Of a DNA stretch of 64,000 bases, positions 61,313-64,000 are shown piece by piece. A program made the position numbers and the translations under genes. The stretch spans positions 26,350,001 through 26,414,000 of the forward strand of contig CM052851.1 in assembly GCA_028534125.1 (NCBI GenBank), written 5' to 3'. This stretch comes from Lama glama (taxonomy: Eukaryota). Numbering within the stretch: position 1 is the stretch's first letter; every line of letters begins with the position of its first letter. The notes beneath the pieces are model-generated. The model saw nothing but the letters and a program-made list of their open reading frames with translations. It did no database searches and was not told the origin of the DNA.

Positions 61313-61406
61313 TTTTTCTTTTTATTTAATGGAAGTACTGGGGATTGAACCCAGGATCTCATGCATGCTAAGCATGCACTCTACCACTGGGCTATACCAT
61401 CTCCCC
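61313..61406 (-). mobile_element. Vic-1-type camelid SINE
   Basis: reverse complement ggtatagcccagtggtagagtgcatgcttagcatgcatgagatcctgggttcaatccccagtacttcca plus A-rich tail. Confidence 0.9.
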
Positions 61407-62143
61407 CACCTCTTACTTTGGAGTCCAAGAGTAAAAACCTACAACAAACAAATGAGGTGAGCATTTTCACCTCTATTTTGTCATCTCAGTTTAAAATAAT
61501 TTTTTTAGAAGAAATGGATGAATAAAAAGCACTGGAAACGTGGCATCCAACACTGTAAATTCTCAGGGGCAGGAAGATGAGATCCCACTACTTCCTCTTT
61601 CTAAGTTTGAGTAATCTCTTAGAACGTTATAATCCCCTCATCGTCCTAGAGAAATTGGATCAGGAGTTCACTCCCCTCTGCTCTCTGCTTCAGGCCCCTT
61701 TTCCAGCAGTAAGCACCCTCCAGTCCCCACTCCTCGCACTGGTCCAGTCTGCCGTGGACACGGATGTCGCTTGACAAACAATGCCTCTACCCCACCCCCA
61801 GGCCCCTAGTAGAGTGCGCCTTTCCATTTATACCTTTCGTATCAGCTCATCATTTCTCCTATTTGAGCTCAGGCTTTGTATTCAGCTCTAAATCTCTCTC
61901 CAATTCCCACTGAGAGGCTGGCCGTGCCAGCTTAAGCCACATAAAGATCAACTTACAAAAGACAGGAACTATTTGCATCCAAAAATACTGGCTTGTATTG
62001 TCTTTGGCCATTTCCTACAGAATAGAGCTACACTCCTGATTAATAATCAAAGAGAAACCTCACATTGATTAAGTGTGGCATTTAGTAGGCTTGGTGCTAG
62101 AGGAAGGACATCGTATGTACACTTTTCAGTATTCACACATTAC

Positions 62144-62455
62144 TTTCTTTTTAAATTTTATTGAAGTGTAGTTTATTTACAGTGTTAGTTTCAGGGGTAC
62201 AGCAAAGTGATTGTTATAGATACACACACAGACATTTTTTCTTTTCAGATTCTCTCCCATTATATGTTATTACAAGAAATTGAATATAGCTCCCTGTGCT
62301 ATACAGTAGGTTCTTGTTGTTTGTCTATTTTATATGTAGAAATGTGTGTCTGTTAATCCCCAACCCCTGATTTATCCCTCCCTGCCCTTTCCCTCTGTGG
62401 TAACCGGAGTTTGTTTTCTTTGTCTGTGAGTCTGTTTTCGGTTTGGAAACAGAAG
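62144..62455 (-). mobile_element. Relatively young L1 3' tail with TSD, inserted in a MIR
   Basis: attgaagtgtagtttatttacagtgttagtttcagg...ctccctgtgctatacagtagg; TSD ttcacacattac (62132-62143) / ttcacacatgac (62456-62467). Confidence 0.9.
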
Positions 62456-62883
62456 TTCACACATGACCCGTTTTACGATGGAGGGAGGAAGCCAAGGCTT
62501 AGAGAAGTCAAGATACTTATTTCAGGTTACACAACTGGCGGGTAACAATGAACGCAAGCAGAGATCCACCACTGAACATGAGCACCAACATGCTGACGCA
62601 CTAGGCTTCTGACTTAGTCTCTCATCAGAGGTTATCCATTTTCCCTCTCCGGTGTGTCTTCTAGCCAAACTGTCCCCCGAAAACACTGGCTGGAATTATG
62701 GCAAGGCAACAGTCTCTCATTCGAGTAAACCACAGAAACTTTCAGTGTGTTAGCAAAGAATTCTAGAAGGATAGTGTCCAGTTAGGGGGGAGAACAAAAT
62801 ATCTGTACATATGTGCTACCAAGCACAATATCTTTCTGCCAAAGGTCTTGTTTTCCTTTCAAAAGGCAGTCTGTACCCTCGTA

Positions 62884-63196
62884 CGGGCATGCCTCATCTG
62901 ATTACACTTTGCTTTATTGCACTTCACAGATTCTGCATTTGTTACAAACTGAAGGTTTGTGGCAACCTTGCAATTTCAGATGATGGCTAGTAGTTTTTAG
63001 CCATGAAGTATTTTTAAATGAAGGTATGTAAATTTTTTAGACATAATGCTGTTGCAAACTTAAGAGACTACGTATGGTGCAAACATAACTTTTATATACC
63101 CAGAAAATCCCCAAATTCATGCACTTGCCTTATTGTGATATTCACTTTATTGCCGTGGTCTGGAAGAGACCCCTCAGTATCTCCGAGGTGTGCCTG
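62884..63196 (+). mobile_element. Tigger1-derived MITE, both TIRs present
   Basis: TA-cgggcatgcctc...acaaactgaaggtttgtggcaacc joined to tcagatgatgg...tatctccgaggtgtgcctg. Confidence 0.9.
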
Positions 63197-64000
63197 CACC
63201 TCTTCTTTCTGTTTATACCAAGTCTATGAATCCATCAAGGCCACACCCATGGCCGGTACACACTGAACTTACTGCCCACCTGCTGCCAGGAAAGGTAATT
63301 CCCATTTTCCCATACATTTCTGGTTCACCCAACTACACAAAACCATTCAGAAAGGGACCAAATACAGATCATGAGTATCTGCTGTACGTGTGCTGTACTT
63401 GTGGCGGAGAACAGCTCCAAGTAAAGGGAAAGGTACAGAAACAAGCAAAATACGACAGTGAGAGAGGAGGGAAGGATTTTAAGTTAACTTGGCCNNNNNN
63501 NNNNNNNNNNNNNNNNNNNNNNNNNNNNNNNNNNNNNNNNNNNNNNNNNNNNNNNNNNNNNNNNNNNNNNNNNNNNNNNNNNNNNNNNNNNNNNNNNNNN
63601 NNNNNNNNNNNNNNNNNNNNNNNNNNNNNNNNNNNNNNNNNNNNNNNNNNNNNNNNNNNNNNNNNNNNNNNNNNNNNNNNNNNNNNNNNNNNNNNNNNNN
63701 NNNNNNNNNNNNNNNNNNNNNNNNNNNNNNNNNNNNNNNNNNNNNNNNNNNNNNNNNNNNNNNNNNNNNNNNNNNNNNNNNNNNNNNNNNNNNNNNNNNN
63801 NNNNNNNNNNNNNNNNNNNNNNNNNNNNNNNNNNNNNNNNNNNNNNNNNNNNNNNNNNNNNNNNNNNNNNNNNNNNNNNNNNNNNNNNNNNNNNNNNNNN
63901 NNNNNNNNNNNNNNNNNNNNNNNNNNNNNNNNNNNNNNNNNNNNNNNNNNNNNNNNNNNNNNNNNNNNNNNNNNNNNNNNNNNNNNNNNNNNNNTTTTAA

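Noticed and set aside
61806-61819. CTCF-like motif ctagtagagtgcgc
   Set aside because: Mismatches fall at near-invariant core positions
1-64000. CRISPR arrays, operons or prokaryotic defence systems
   Set aside because: The sequence is mammalian repeat-rich DNA with no regularly spaced repeats and no dense ORFs

Overview
Mammalian non-coding DNA, very probably from a camelid (camel/alpaca/llama): it carries three copies of a tRNA-Ala(AGC)-derived SINE matching the camelid Vic-1 family, plus relatively young L1 3' ends. The window is dominated by interspersed repeats of many ages: MIR, L2, a CR1/L3 remnant, HAL1, old and young L1, MaLR/ERVL LTRs, one probable ancient Gypsy-type solo LTR, and hAT and Tigger DNA-transposon fossils. 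It also has microsatellites and six assembly gaps. I could not recognise any host protein-coding exon, functional RNA gene or CRISPR/prokaryotic system. The only ORF-track hits I recognise are L1 ORF2 fragments. The best leads are (i) a TATA-ATG-splice-donor cassette at 31.3 kb that could be a first exon of a + strand transcript, (ii) an interrupted long palindrome at 58.3-58.5 kb, (iii) a ~1.2 kb CR1/L3 endonuclease fossil, (iv) a Gypsy-like solo LTR, (v) a near-consensus p53/p63 site and (vi) a foreign insert inside a young L1. Repeat family names come from my recall of consensus sequences, and most repeat boundaries are approximate. Nothing here demonstrates a new biological system.
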